A stretch of DNA of 64,000 nucleotides. Source: Candidatus Nanoarchaeia archaeon (lineage in GTDB: Archaea > Nanobdellota > Nanobdellia > SCGC-AAA011-G17 > JACPNG01). The DNA lies in the NCBI GenBank assembly GCA_030745695.1, contig JASLOB010000001.1, positions 936 to 64,935 of the forward strand, in the 5' to 3' direction. A program made the translations under genes and the position numbers. Position 1 is the stretch's first letter; each line of letters starts with the position of its first letter. Under the pieces are notes generated by a model that worked only from the letters and a program-made list of their open reading frames with translations, was not told where the DNA came from and did no database searches. Of the stretch, positions 39,751 through 50,421 are shown one piece after another.

Positions 39751-41571
39751 CTAATAGCTTACTAAAACTTCTACATCCCTCCCATATAACTTTCTCAAAT
39801 CTTCAAATATTTTTTCTTTAATAAAAACATTTTCAGGAATCTTAACTTTCTTTAATTGTTCTTCTAACTCTTCTAAAGAACTTTTTTCAATATCTATTAA
39901 GCTACCATTTTTAATTTTAGCTTTAGAAACTTCTTCTCTTTTCTCTAGATCATTTGTTATAAATGCTTTATCATCTAATAATAAAACTTCTCCATACTTC
40001 TCTCCATATTTGAATCTAATCTTAGCTCTTTCTAATTCAACTCCTCTTTTTCTTTGTATAAATTCAACCATAGTTTTTATGAATAGTATAGCTTCTTTGT
40101 TTACTTTTTCAATTTCTTGCTTACTCAATTTTTTAGAAGTGTAATCTTTTTTAGACTTTACAATTAATTTTAAAATTCTTAAGAATTTTTCTGGGATCAA
40201 TCCTTTATCAACTAAATTTTCTTTAAATGAAGATTCTAATTTTTTAATACTAATCTCTCTTACTCCATTAATAAACAAAGCATCTCTTGATATAGCAATA
40301 CAAGAATCATAATTATGCAATACTGATTCTCCTTGAGATTTTTTCTCTATTTGTGTAAATAATTTTCTGATTCTTTTCATATAATCTTCTAAATCTTTTA
40401 ACAAAGAATCAACTTCCTTTCCAGAAATTTCTCTAACCCTACCATGTTCAACATCTTTGTAATATTTGAATAATTTAGCTAATATGTCTACATATTTTTT
40501 TTCTAGTAATTTTTCTTTTTTAACAAATATTTCTTCCATAACTTTAACAGTCTCTCTTGGAGTTGTTGGAGGCAATCCATACAACATTATAGCGGCTTGT
40601 GCTGGGTTTAATGCAGCATAATATAAATCTTCTCCTACCATCCCAAGTAACTTTGATTTTGTTCTTTCTAACAATCTCTCTCCAAGATCCATGTTCATAT
40701 CAATCGCTTCTGGACTAGGTTTTAATTTACCCATATGTAATAATAATTTCCATGGCATAAACACTCCTTTATCAAATAAAGGAACTCCATCTCTTAAGAA
40801 TGTATAAATAACAGGTTGAGCTTCTTTAACAGAATCCCAAAAATCTGTTAAAATATGTGTTTGAACATGAAAATTTGCTTTTACTCCTGAAGCTTTTGAA
40901 GCACTAAAACCCATATCTTGAATTATTGCTCTTAATCTTTCTTTTAATTCAACTCTAGGCATTTTTTTTACATCAGTGTCATCTATAACAATAGAAACAT
41001 CTATATCTCCTGGATTTGCATCCCCTCTAAATAAACTACCAATAGCAATGTAACTTAGAACATATTTCTCAAATTTCTTTATAGTCATCTCTTTATGAAT
41101 CTCTGCTGTTTTTAATGCCCCTAACATTCCTTTATCATAGAGTATAGTTCCCATTCCAATTAATCCTAGAATTTCATACTTTCCATCAAAACACATCTCT
41201 TTTAATTCTGATATAATTAGAGTATTTGGTTTGATATTCTCATCAATATTTTTAGCAGAATCTTCTATTATATTAGTTAATTTATCTTTTAGTTCTAATT
41301 TAGACATCTTTTTAGAATCAGAATCATCAATTAAAACTAAAACATTAATCCAATCTTTTCTTTCTTCTCTTTCTTTTTGGGTTAATTCTTGTTCTTCTTC
41401 TGGTGTTAATTTTTCTGGAGGTAATAATTCTATACCAACTACATATTCTTCAAATTTCTTTAGAACTTCTTTCTTAAATTTCTCTACTTTTGCTTTAATT
41501 TGAGATAATTTTTTTTGAATATCTTTAGGAATCTCCAATCCTTCAGGAAGTTCTGGAATTTTATCTACCAT
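39751..41571 (-). CDS. tandem nucleotidyltransferase (one degenerate) plus HEPN-like domains
   Basis: GSLFRG...DIDV in the second repeat; KKF..YV and IDD.D motifs duplicated; YYA....QAA..., KDVEH. Confidence 0.75.
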   Translation of the reverse strand: MVDKIPELPEGLEIPKDIQKKLSQIKAKVEKFKKEVLKKFEEYVVGIELLPPEKLTPEEEQELTQKEREERKDWINVLVLIDDSDSKKMSKLELKDKLTNIIEDSAKNIDENIKPNTLIISELKEMCFDGKYEILGLIGMGTILYDKGMLGALKTAEIHKEMTIKKFEKYVLSYIAIGSLFRGDANPGDIDVSIVIDDTDVKKMPRVELKERLRAIIQDMGFSASKASGVKANFHVQTHILTDFWDSVKEAQPVIYTFLRDGVPLFDKGVFMPWKLLLHMGKLKPSPEAIDMNMDLGERLLERTKSKLLGMVGEDLYYAALNPAQAAIMLYGLPPTTPRETVKVMEEIFVKKEKLLEKKYVDILAKLFKYYKDVEHGRVREISGKEVDSLLKDLEDYMKRIRKLFTQIEKKSQGESVLHNYDSCIAISRDALFINGVREISIKKLESSFKENLVDKGLIPEKFLRILKLIVKSKKDYTSKKLSKQEIEKVNKEAILFIKTMVEFIQRKRGVELERAKIRFKYGEKYGEVLLLDDKAFITNDLEKREEVSKAKIKNGSLIDIEKSSLEELEEQLKKVKIPENVFIKEKIFEDLRKLYGRDVEVLVSY

Positions 41572-41628
41572 GATTAATTTTTGATTATGAGGTTTTTAAA
41601 AGTTTTGATTATCTAACTAATTTTTACT

Positions 41629-42345
41629 TTATTCTTTGAATATTTTATTAAATCTTTCATATAATAAATCATCTATCTCACTGGCAGTGTATTGTACACG
41701 AAAATTATATTGTGAAAGAGCTTCTTCTATAATTTCTTTTTCTCTTAATAGTACCTTTGTTTTTCCAAAAATCATATGTTCAATGTTTTTAGCAGTTCTT
41801 AACATTTCTACATCTCTAATGTCTGCTTCTGTAAGGTTCGCTTTCATCATATTTGCTTCACCAAGATGTGCACCCATAAGGCAAGCGCCCCTCATAGATG
41901 CTACACTAAGATCTGCTCTTTGAAAATTCGTCTTTATAAGACATGTTTTAGAAAGACGAGAATATTTAAGGTTTGCTTGTATAAGGTTCACATTAGATAA
42001 ATCCGAAAAGCTTATGAATGCTCTTTCAAAATTTGCTCCATAGAAGTTAGCCCCACTAAGTTGCGAACAACGAAGATCTACTTTATGACCTTTAACATAT
42101 GGTAGGTATAAACCTAAAGCTTTTAAATGCCCCAAGTCAGAACCATCAAATATAATAGGGCTATTTTCTAGATCTTGTTCTCTTAAATATCTTTGTATTT
42201 CTCTATAATCTTCATGACCACTTAAATCTAATCCAACTAATTTTATTTCTGAAAAATCTCTTTCTCCAGATAAAACTTTCTTTATAAATTCTTCTTCTTT
42301 CATACTGTTTGGATGAGATATCATATTTGTCCTCACTATACTCAA
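41629..42345 (-). CDS. pentapeptide-repeat protein (start probably 42324 or 42303)
   Basis: GERDF; A(N/D)(L/F)xx repeats. Confidence 0.9.
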   Translation of the reverse strand: MSIVRTNMISHPNSMKEEEFIKKVLSGERDFSEIKLVGLDLSGHEDYREIQRYLREQDLENSPIIFDGSDLGHLKALGLYLPYVKGHKVDLRCSQLSGANFYGANFERAFISFSDLSNVNLIQANLKYSRLSKTCLIKTNFQRADLSVASMRGACLMGAHLGEANMMKANLTEADIRDVEMLRTAKNIEHMIFGKTKVLLREKEIIEEALSQYNFRVQYTASEIDDLLYERFNKIFKE

Positions 42346-42456
42346 TAATTTATATATTTCAATTTATAAACCTTTCTACTATGTTACTACTATTAAATAA
42401 TTAAGACAGTAAGTTTTATAAAGGAATAAATATAGTGAATAAGGGTATTATTTAAG

Positions 42457-43371
42457 ATGAAAGAATTTCAAAAAATAAAAGATTTTGAGGATATTTTAGG
42501 ACAAGAAGAATCAAAAAAGCAATTAAAATCTGCTTTAATGATTAGAAGAAATATTATTTTAGTCGGTCCACCTGGAGTTGGAAAAACAACTTTAGCAAAA
42601 AATGTATCTAAAATAAATAAAAAAGGTAAGTTCATTAGAGTGCAAGGATCTCCTGATTTGAATGTAGAAGATTTAATTGGAGATATTGATCCAATAAAAG
42701 CATTAAAACATGGTCCAACCTCTCTAGAAGCTTTCACACCAGGAAAAATTTTCAAAGCAGATAAAGGAGTTTTGTTCTTTGATGAAATTAATAGATGTCC
42801 TGAAAAATTACAAAATTCATTATTACAAGCTTTAGAAGAAAAAAAAGTTACAATAGGAAATTATGATATTGATTTTGATGCAGATTTTATTTTTATTGGA
42901 AGTATGAATCCAGAAGATTTTGCTGGAACTGAAAAGTTAAGTGAAGTTTTATTAGACAGATTTGATATGATCTATATGTCCTATCCTGAAACTTTAGATT
43001 TAGAAAAACAAATTATAAATTTAAAAGGTAATAAATTAGAAGTAGAATTTCCAGATGATCTATTAACTCAAGCTGTATTATTTGTTAGATTACTAAGAGA
43101 AAATAAAGATCTAGAAAGAGTTCCTTCTGTTAGAGCTTCTTTAGGATTGTATGAAAGAGCACAAAGTAATGCTATATTAAACAATAAAAAGAAAGTAGAT
43201 ATAGAAGATGTAAAAGAAGCAATTATTTCTGTGATAGCTCATAGAATTAAATTAAAACCAAGTGTAAAATACTTAACAAATTCAAATAAATTCATTGAAA
43301 AAGAATTAAGTGATTTCTTAGATAAAAAACAAGATCCAAGACAAACAGACAAAAGTGGTGATTTACCGTAG
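42457..43371 (+). CDS. MoxR/ChlI-like AAA+ ATPase
   Basis: GPPGVGKT, FFDEINR, MNP, DRF, SVR. Confidence 0.9.
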   Translation: MKEFQKIKDFEDILGQEESKKQLKSALMIRRNIILVGPPGVGKTTLAKNVSKINKKGKFIRVQGSPDLNVEDLIGDIDPIKALKHGPTSLEAFTPGKIFKADKGVLFFDEINRCPEKLQNSLLQALEEKKVTIGNYDIDFDADFIFIGSMNPEDFAGTEKLSEVLLDRFDMIYMSYPETLDLEKQIINLKGNKLEVEFPDDLLTQAVLFVRLLRENKDLERVPSVRASLGLYERAQSNAILNNKKKVDIEDVKEAIISVIAHRIKLKPSVKYLTNSNKFIEKELSDFLDKKQDPRQTDKSGDLP

Positions 43372-44503
43372 CAGTATAAAAGGAAGTATAGAAGAGAAAG
43401 AAGGAAAATTAAAAAAACAAAATAAAGAAGATAAACTTTTGAGTTCTATTTTAGAAGGTAAAAAATCAGAAGAAGGAAAATTATTAAGAAATGCATTAAA
43501 TAATAATTTATTTTCTTTTAATCCTGATATGATGTTTCAACAAATTGTAAAAAATTATTCTTTAGCTAAAGAGATATATGGAGAGTCTTTCATAAGACAA
43601 ATTGCAAATGAAAATGATGTAGGATTTCCAGAAGTTCAAAGGAAGATTAAACAAAAAATATTAAATAAATTTGAAGAAATGCAAGATAATCAGATTATAA
43701 ATAAAGATTTAGAGATAACAGAAGAAGGATTAAAATTTGCTGCATTATCATTATATATTGAAGAGATTGATAATCTAGTTTCTAAAGGTTTAATTGGAGA
43801 GAAGTTCAATAAAGAAAAATCTCATTATGGATCTAAAGAAGATGTTAAAGAATTTAAAAAAGGAGATAGGTATAGAGATATTGCATTAAGAAAATCTATT
43901 AAAGTAGCAATAAAAAGATCTCATAAAAATATAGAAAAAAGAGATTTAAGAAGTTTTGAAAAAGAGTCTAAAGGGAAAATAAATATTGTTTATGGGTTAG
44001 ATGCTTCTGGTAGTATGAAAGGTAATAAAATTGATATGTGTAAAAAAGCAGGGGTTGCTCTAGCATTTAAAGCAATAGAAGAAAAAGATGAAGTTGGTTT
44101 GTTAGTTTTTGGATCTAAAGTTGAAGATATTGTACATCCAACACATGATTTTATGATGTTATTAAATAAAATAGCAAGAATTAGAGCTAAACAAGAAACA
44201 AATATAGCTTCTACAATAATGAAAGCTATTGAGATGTTTCCTAATGATGATTCTACTAAACATTTAATTTTGATAACAGATGCAATGCCAACTAAAGGAA
44301 AATATCCAGAAAAAGAAACATTAAATGCTGTTGAGAATGCATGTAGTTGTGGGATAACTATTTCTATGATTGGAATAAATTTAGATAAAAAAGGAAAAAT
44401 ATTAGCTGAAAAGATTTCTCAGGTAGGTAATGGAAAGTTACAAATAGTAAAAAATTTAGAAGATTTAGATATGGTTGTGTTAGAGGATTATTATAGTTTA
44501 TAA
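43355..44503 (+). CDS. VWA-domain partner (ChlD C-terminal-like)
   Basis: DASGSM MIDAS, TNI, ITDA. Confidence 0.9.
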   Translation: MVIYRSSIKGSIEEKEGKLKKQNKEDKLLSSILEGKKSEEGKLLRNALNNNLFSFNPDMMFQQIVKNYSLAKEIYGESFIRQIANENDVGFPEVQRKIKQKILNKFEEMQDNQIINKDLEITEEGLKFAALSLYIEEIDNLVSKGLIGEKFNKEKSHYGSKEDVKEFKKGDRYRDIALRKSIKVAIKRSHKNIEKRDLRSFEKESKGKINIVYGLDASGSMKGNKIDMCKKAGVALAFKAIEEKDEVGLLVFGSKVEDIVHPTHDFMMLLNKIARIRAKQETNIASTIMKAIEMFPNDDSTKHLILITDAMPTKGKYPEKETLNAVENACSCGITISMIGINLDKKGKILAEKISQVGNGKLQIVKNLEDLDMVVLEDYYSL

Positions 44504-44567
44504 AAACAAAATTTATATATTATAATCCAAAACTTTTTAAATTAAGTTAAAAGATTTTCTTTTAAAT

Positions 44568-44640
44568 GGGCTTGTGGTCTAGTGGCTATGACATCTCCCT
44601 TACAAGGAGAAGGTCGCAGGTTCGAGTCCTGCCAGGCCCA
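44568..44640 (+). tRNA. tRNA-Val(TAC)
   Basis: TCTCC-CTTACAA-GGAGA; GGTTCGAGTCC. Confidence 0.96.
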
Positions 44641-44772
44641 TCAACAATCTTAAAGAAAGATATATAAATCTAATTTTTCTACAATATTTATGGAGATAAC
44701 AAGAAAATTCAAAGATTTAACAAAGAATGATGTAAAATTGCTATAAAATATAAGAGATAACTAAATTGATAA

Positions 44773-45360
44773 TTATCTAGAAGCATCTGCTTGTCTTTCT
44801 AATTCTAATTTTCTTGCAATAGAATTACTTTTGTTATCAGAATTAAATGCTTTAATAATCTCATCAGCTAAACATTCCCACATCTTTCTTTTACTCTTAA
44901 ATGTTTGAGAATAAGATCCTTGGACCATATTTCTTAAAGCTAGATCAACTCTTCTTTGGGGAGCACACTCAACGGCTTGTGAATATCTTGCCCCACCATA
45001 CTCTATTGTTGTTATCTCTTCTCTTGGAGCAGCGTTTTCTACAGCTCTAACAAAAACTTCAACAGGATTTTTCTTTAATCTTTCTTCTATCAACTGAAAT
45101 GTTTTTATAACAATATTATAGTTTGTTATTGATTTTCCAGTATTGTGTCCAGAACTTATTCTATGTTTTTTTCCTCTATGTCCTGGGATCATTAATTTAT
45201 TAATCAATCTTTCTACAATATTATTTTTAGACTTCCAAAATTGGGTTCCAACATTTCTACCACCGGTTCTAGGGATGATTATTGGATTTAAGTTTATATA
45301 ATTCTTTAATCCATGATCAATAACTTCAAAATTTGTTTCCCATTTATTGAATAATTTCAT
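44773..45360 (-). CDS. rps7: 30S ribosomal protein uS7
   Basis: ENAAPREE, RRVDLALR, ER.A.ASR. Confidence 0.97.
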   Translation of the reverse strand: MKLFNKWETNFEVIDHGLKNYINLNPIIIPRTGGRNVGTQFWKSKNNIVERLINKLMIPGHRGKKHRISSGHNTGKSITNYNIVIKTFQLIEERLKKNPVEVFVRAVENAAPREEITTIEYGGARYSQAVECAPQRRVDLALRNMVQGSYSQTFKSKRKMWECLADEIIKAFNSDNKSNSIARKLELERQADASR

Positions 45361-45367
45361 GTTATCT

Positions 45368-45625
45368 TCAATATTCTCCCATATCAGATTTAGATCTCAA
45401 TCTCTCTCCAATGTAAACAATTTCTTTTCCTATCCTTCTTAAAAATCTTATATAATCTCTATTAGCCATTGTTAACCCTGCACCAGCAACTAAAATTGTT
45501 CCAAATGTAGGATGTTCTACTATAGAAACTAACCCACCCATCATAACCATGGTCTTTGCTACATTTTGTGATGTTCCAGCAATTCCCCTACTTTGTAGAT
45601 CTGATAATCTAAAATCTAAACTCAT
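45368..45625 (-). CDS. small hypothetical protein between rps12 and rps7
   Basis: ATGA overlap with the rps12 stop; hydrophobic Gly-rich middle. Confidence 0.6.
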   Translation of the reverse strand: MSLDFRLSDLQSRGIAGTSQNVAKTMVMMGGLVSIVEHPTFGTILVAGAGLTMANRDYIRFLRRIGKEIVYIGERLRSKSDMGEY

Positions 45626-46059
45626 CTTCTACCTTTCTCTATCTTCCCTCTCAATAAAGCGTTTAAACTTTGATCATTAACTTTTATTACTTGCCATCTA
45701 ATTCCAGGGATGTCACCTTTAGCTCTTCCCATTTTTCCACCAATAGCTTCAATTAATACTTCATCATGTTCATTAATCAATTTTATAGCATTATATCCTG
45801 GAACAAAAGCTGTTACATGCTTACCATTTTTTATTAATTGAGCTTTAACACATTTTCTCATTGCAGAATTTGGTTGCTTTGCTTCTCTTTGTACTTTTTC
45901 TAAAACAATAGCTTTTGCTTGTGGAGAAGCTCCTAAAGGAGATGATTTTATTCTTAATTTTAACATTCTATTCTTAAATTTTCTATTATTCCATCTATCT
46001 TTTTTTCTCCCTTGTTTTAATTTTTTTCCTGATCCTAAACCTTTTCCTTGACTTCCCAT
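45622..46059 (-). CDS. rps12: 30S ribosomal protein uS12
   Basis: [16 protein letters not shown]; likely start MGSQG. Confidence 0.97.
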   Translation of the reverse strand: MGSQGKGLGSGKKLKQGRKKDRWNNRKFKNRMLKLRIKSSPLGASPQAKAIVLEKVQREAKQPNSAMRKCVKAQLIKNGKHVTAFVPGYNAIKLINEHDEVLIEAIGGKMGRAKGDIPGIRWQVIKVNDQSLNALLRGKIEKGRR

Positions 46060-46060
46060 T

Positions 46061-46462
46061 TTACTTAACTTTAATCTCAAAATTGAAATATTTGTTTACT
46101 ATTTCTTGTAATTCTTGTAATTTTTTTCTTTCTCTTCCAAGTATAATCCCTTTATCACTTGATTTACTTAACTCAATAGAAATTAAATTATTCTCTTTAT
46201 AAATCTTACCTTCTATAGGATATATTAAGTTTTTAATAAAGATTTCAACGTTATTATTGAATTCAATAATCCTAATTTTCTTTTTTATTAACTTTGAAAC
46301 CATAAACACATTTTTTCCTTTTTTACCTACAGCCTTTCCAATATCTCCTTCTTCAACAATAAATAGCATATTAGGATTAACAAAACAATCCTTTACTCTT
46401 GCTTTAGTTAAAGTCTCAAATAAGTTTATGTAGTCAATTGTTTGTTTTGTAAATTGTCTCAT
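46061..46462 (-). CDS. nusA: archaeal NusA
   Basis: [18 protein letters not shown] motif; canonical operon position. Confidence 0.92.
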   Translation of the reverse strand: MRQFTKQTIDYINLFETLTKARVKDCFVNPNMLFIVEEGDIGKAVGKKGKNVFMVSKLIKKKIRIIEFNNNVEIFIKNLIYPIEGKIYKENNLISIELSKSSDKGIILGRERKKLQELQEIVNKYFNFEIKVK

Positions 46463-46469
46463 TTTAGAA

Positions 46470-46712
46470 TTAATAACTCAATACAGAGATGTTAAATGGT
46501 TTTTTGCATCTAATGTTTAATTCTTCGTTACTTATGTCTAATTCAATTATCTCTGCTTTATTTTTATTTTTTAGAATCTCTTCTTTAATACTATCTGAAC
46601 AATTATTCGCTAAAAATACTTTACTAACTTCTCCTTTTTTTAATTTCTTTATAGTTCTATCTTTTCCTAAAACTAATGTTTTTTCATCTAATGCTTTAGT
46701 TAACTCATCCAT
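46470..46712 (-). CDS. rpl30e: ribosomal protein eL30
   Basis: G...TIK, A.NC, EL...C.KPF.ISVL; operon position. Confidence 0.9.
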   Translation of the reverse strand: MDELTKALDEKTLVLGKDRTIKKLKKGEVSKVFLANNCSDSIKEEILKNKNKAEIIELDISNEELNIRCKKPFNISVLSY

Positions 46713-47856
46713 TTTTCATTCCATCAAGTTTTTTTATTCTAGCAATTAATCCTGGAAGTCCTGTTCCAAGAGGAACTGGTTGATTAACAATAACATTTTC
46801 TATAACAGAAGTTAATTCATCTTCCTCTCCAACTAAACTAGCATCTATCAAGTGTCTAATAGGAGTCTCAAATGATGCTCTTGCTAAAACAGATTCTTTT
46901 TCTGATGTAATTCCTGATCTTGTTATTCCTTTAATAGTTCCAGAAGCAGTCATTAAATCTGCTATAAATAATATATGTCTAATATCTACATCTAATCCTT
47001 GTTCTTGTATAACTTTTAATGATTCATTTACTATTGCTTGTCTTGCCGCTTCTACCCCTAAATTCTTTAAGACTTCAAAAATATCATTACTTACAGATCT
47101 AGATTTATCTACTTCTTTTAATTTGAAAACTTCTTTTAAATTAGATCCAGAGGTTAGTATAACAAATTCATTATTTTGTTTTATCGGAAGAACTTGAGTA
47201 ACTCCAGGAATACCTTTTATGAAAGTATCTTTAGCTTTTTCTTTTAATTTGTATAAATCTTTTAATTCAATTTCTTTTCCAGGTTTTAAGACTATAGTTC
47301 CATCTTTATTTTGTTTAACTGATACTTCTTTAATTGATTCAGATAAAGTTTTTAATAATATTTGATCTGTTATTCTTAAATCCCTCATATTTTTTTTGTT
47401 AGGAGTTGCTTCAATTTGTAATTTAGCTATGTTAATGGAAAATTCTTGAGCTAGTTCTCTAAACTTAGTTTCTTTTATTAAAGCAGCTACTTTTCTTGCA
47501 GCATTAATATCTTTATTATATTGTTTGTCTAAATAAATTTCCATAGAAGGAGTGCTAGCTTCTTTTCTAGCATCAAATATCTCAATTAATCTTGGCAATC
47601 CTAAAGTAACGTTTAATTCTACAACACCAGCAAAGTGGAATATATTTAAAGTCATTTGGGTTCCTGGTTCTCCAAAAGATTCTGCAGTTATTACTCCAAT
47701 AGATTCTCCAGGATCAATTCTAGATGATTTATATGATTCTAATAATTTATCAAAGAATTCTTTTTCTTGTTTTTTTGTTAGTTTATGATTCTTTAATTCT
47801 TTTTGTGCATCTTCAAATATACTTAATGGAAGTTGAGATTTATATTCTTCAATCAT
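46705..47856 (-). CDS. rpoA2: RNA polymerase subunit A''
   Basis: GEPGTQMTL, TLGLPRLIE, RASFE, VPLGTG. Confidence 0.97.
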   Translation of the reverse strand: MIEEYKSQLPLSIFEDAQKELKNHKLTKKQEKEFFDKLLESYKSSRIDPGESIGVITAESFGEPGTQMTLNIFHFAGVVELNVTLGLPRLIEIFDARKEASTPSMEIYLDKQYNKDINAARKVAALIKETKFRELAQEFSINIAKLQIEATPNKKNMRDLRITDQILLKTLSESIKEVSVKQNKDGTIVLKPGKEIELKDLYKLKEKAKDTFIKGIPGVTQVLPIKQNNEFVILTSGSNLKEVFKLKEVDKSRSVSNDIFEVLKNLGVEAARQAIVNESLKVIQEQGLDVDIRHILFIADLMTASGTIKGITRSGITSEKESVLARASFETPIRHLIDASLVGEEDELTSVIENVIVNQPVPLGTGLPGLIARIKKLDGMKNG

Positions 47857-50420
47857 TTTCCAGTAACCTCTCTTATTAAATTTCTAATATTAATTGTTCC
47901 TTTTTCAGATTTAGCCACATCTATTCCATCTTCTCCATATTTAAATTGAATAACAGTTTTGTTTGCATCTCTAACAGTATAATCATATTCAATCTTTAAA
48001 TCTTGTAGTGCATTAGACAATCTTCTGTATAAATAACCAGATTTTGGTGTTCTTAAAGCAGTATCCATCAATGAATCTCTTCCTGTCATTGCTCCAAAAA
48101 AGAATTCCATTGGATCTAATCCTTCCCTAAATGGAGTTTCGATAAAACCTTTAGATTTTGGTGACAACTCTCCTTGTTTAAACAATGCTAATGTTCTTTT
48201 ATCATATCCTTTCTCTATTCTTTTACCTCTTAATGCTTGTTGTCCTACTAAAGCACTCATCATACCTAAATTCAATATATTACCTTTAGCTCCAGCATTT
48301 GCCATTATAATTGTAGGGTTGTTTGGATTCGCATTATCTGCAATTAATTCTCCAACTCTATTTCTAACTCTATTTAATAATTGTAAAATCATTAACTCAA
48401 GTGTTTCTTCTATTGTTTTAGAAGGCATAGTCTCTAATTCATTATCATGATATTTAGAAATTAAATTTTTTACTTCTCTATTTGTATCATTCATAACTTG
48501 CCTAATCTTTTCAACTATAATCTCTTCTAAATCTATATCTTTGATTCCTATACTAAATCCATATAATTCTAAAGCTTTAATTCCAAGTTTGAAGATCATA
48601 CTTAAGATACTTAATGTCTTTTCATCTCCGTAATCTTTATGTAATTTTCTTATTAATGTTCCACCTTCTTCTCCAATAATATTACTATCTAAATTTCCTT
48701 TAATTAATTCTCCATCTTTTATTACAACTTCTTCATCTGCTCTATTTTTTGAAACAAAATTAAGAGTTTTTGGAAGTAACACTGAAAAAATTTCTTTTCC
48801 AGTTACTTGAGCTTTAAGTTTCTTAAATTTACTACTATCTTCCATACCTATACTCATCAAAAGATGGATAGCTTCATCTTTTTCTAATACTATCTGTTTA
48901 GATAACAAATAATTACCAGAAACAGAATCTTCTACACATCCAATGACATTTAATCCATGTTTTGGACTTATAAGTTGGGTTTGAACTTGCATTAAAGTTT
49001 CAGCTTCTGCTCTTGCTTCTTCAGTTTGAGGTATGTGAAGATTCATTTCATCTCCATCAAAATCCGCATTATAAGGATGACAAACAGCTGGATTTAATCT
49101 AAAACTTCTTCCAGCAATAACTCTTATTTTATGACACATGATACTCATCTTGTGTAGACTTGGTTGTCTATTGAATATAGCTACATCACCATCCATAAGA
49201 TGTCTCTCAATAATAAATCCAGGTTGCAATTCTTCTAATAATTGTTCTTTAGTTTCATCTGTTATCTTTTTCTTTTTTCCATCAGGTCTAACAACATAAT
49301 TACTTCCAGGATAAGTTTTTGGACCTCTTTCTATGAATTTTTTTAATCTTTCCATATTCCATTGATTTATTCTTTCAGGGACTGTTAAATCCATGGCTAC
49401 TTGTTTTGGAATTCCAACTTCATTAAACTCAATTTCTGGGTCTGGGCTTACTACAGTTCTAGCTGCAAAATTAACTCTTTTACCAGCTAAATTATATCTA
49501 AATCTTCCTTCTTTACTCTTGATTCTCTCTGTTAAAGTTTTTAATGGCTGTCCACTTCTATGTCTAGCTGGTGGAACATCTGAAATTGTGTTATCATAAT
49601 AAGTTGTGATGTGATATTGTAATAAGTCCCATAAATCTTCTACAATGACTTCTGGAGCTCCCGCATTTATATTTTCAAATAATCTTTGATTAATTCTTAC
49701 TATATCTCCTAATTTATGAGTTAAATCATCTTCAGATCTTTCTCCAGATTCTAATGTTATAGAAGGCCTCATAGTTACTGGAGGAATAAACAATAATGTA
49801 AGAATAGTTGAAGAAGGGTTGGAATGTTCATTATTAAATCCTAACAACTCTATATCTACACCTTGTATTTTTTCCAATCTTGCTTTTATTTCTATAGGTG
49901 TGATTCTTTTATCATTTTCAGTGAAGATAGTTGGTTTTTCTATTTTGATAGTGTATTGTTTTTCTTTACAATGGGGACATTTTCTTATATTTTTTAGTGA
50001 ATCTCTAATTAATTTAGTTCTTTTTCTTCTTGAAAGAATATCTTTTTTATCTAAGCTATCTAAATATTCTTTATGTGAATTAATTTTAACATCATCTAAT
50101 AAAATTCTTCCACAATCTTTACATGTAGATCTTAATAAATCTAGAATAACTCTTATGTATTTTACATGGATTATTGGTCTAGCTAATTCAATATAACCAA
50201 AATGGCCAGAACAATCTTTTAATTTTTCTCCACAAGTTCTACATGTTAACCCAGGATCAATAACACCCATTCTTGTATCCATCAATCCACCATCTACTGG
50301 ATAACCTTCTTTATCATACAGTTCAGGAGTGACTACTTTAACATGTGATAATCTTTTAACATCATCTGAACTTAATAATCCAAATGTTATTGTATCTATT
50401 TTTTTTGATATTTCTGCCAT
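47853..50420 (-). CDS. rpoA1: RNA polymerase subunit A'
   Basis: YNADFDGDEMN, FNRQPSLH, zinc finger. Confidence 0.98.
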   Translation of the reverse strand: MAEISKKIDTITFGLLSSDDVKRLSHVKVVTPELYDKEGYPVDGGLMDTRMGVIDPGLTCRTCGEKLKDCSGHFGYIELARPIIHVKYIRVILDLLRSTCKDCGRILLDDVKINSHKEYLDSLDKKDILSRRKRTKLIRDSLKNIRKCPHCKEKQYTIKIEKPTIFTENDKRITPIEIKARLEKIQGVDIELLGFNNEHSNPSSTILTLLFIPPVTMRPSITLESGERSEDDLTHKLGDIVRINQRLFENINAGAPEVIVEDLWDLLQYHITTYYDNTISDVPPARHRSGQPLKTLTERIKSKEGRFRYNLAGKRVNFAARTVVSPDPEIEFNEVGIPKQVAMDLTVPERINQWNMERLKKFIERGPKTYPGSNYVVRPDGKKKKITDETKEQLLEELQPGFIIERHLMDGDVAIFNRQPSLHKMSIMCHKIRVIAGRSFRLNPAVCHPYNADFDGDEMNLHIPQTEEARAEAETLMQVQTQLISPKHGLNVIGCVEDSVSGNYLLSKQIVLEKDEAIHLLMSIGMEDSSKFKKLKAQVTGKEIFSVLLPKTLNFVSKNRADEEVVIKDGELIKGNLDSNIIGEEGGTLIRKLHKDYGDEKTLSILSMIFKLGIKALELYGFSIGIKDIDLEEIIVEKIRQVMNDTNREVKNLISKYHDNELETMPSKTIEETLELMILQLLNRVRNRVGELIADNANPNNPTIIMANAGAKGNILNLGMMSALVGQQALRGKRIEKGYDKRTLALFKQGELSPKSKGFIETPFREGLDPMEFFFGAMTGRDSLMDTALRTPKSGYLYRRLSNALQDLKIEYDYTVRDANKTVIQFKYGEDGIDVAKSEKGTINIRNLIREVTGK

Positions 50421-50421
50421 T

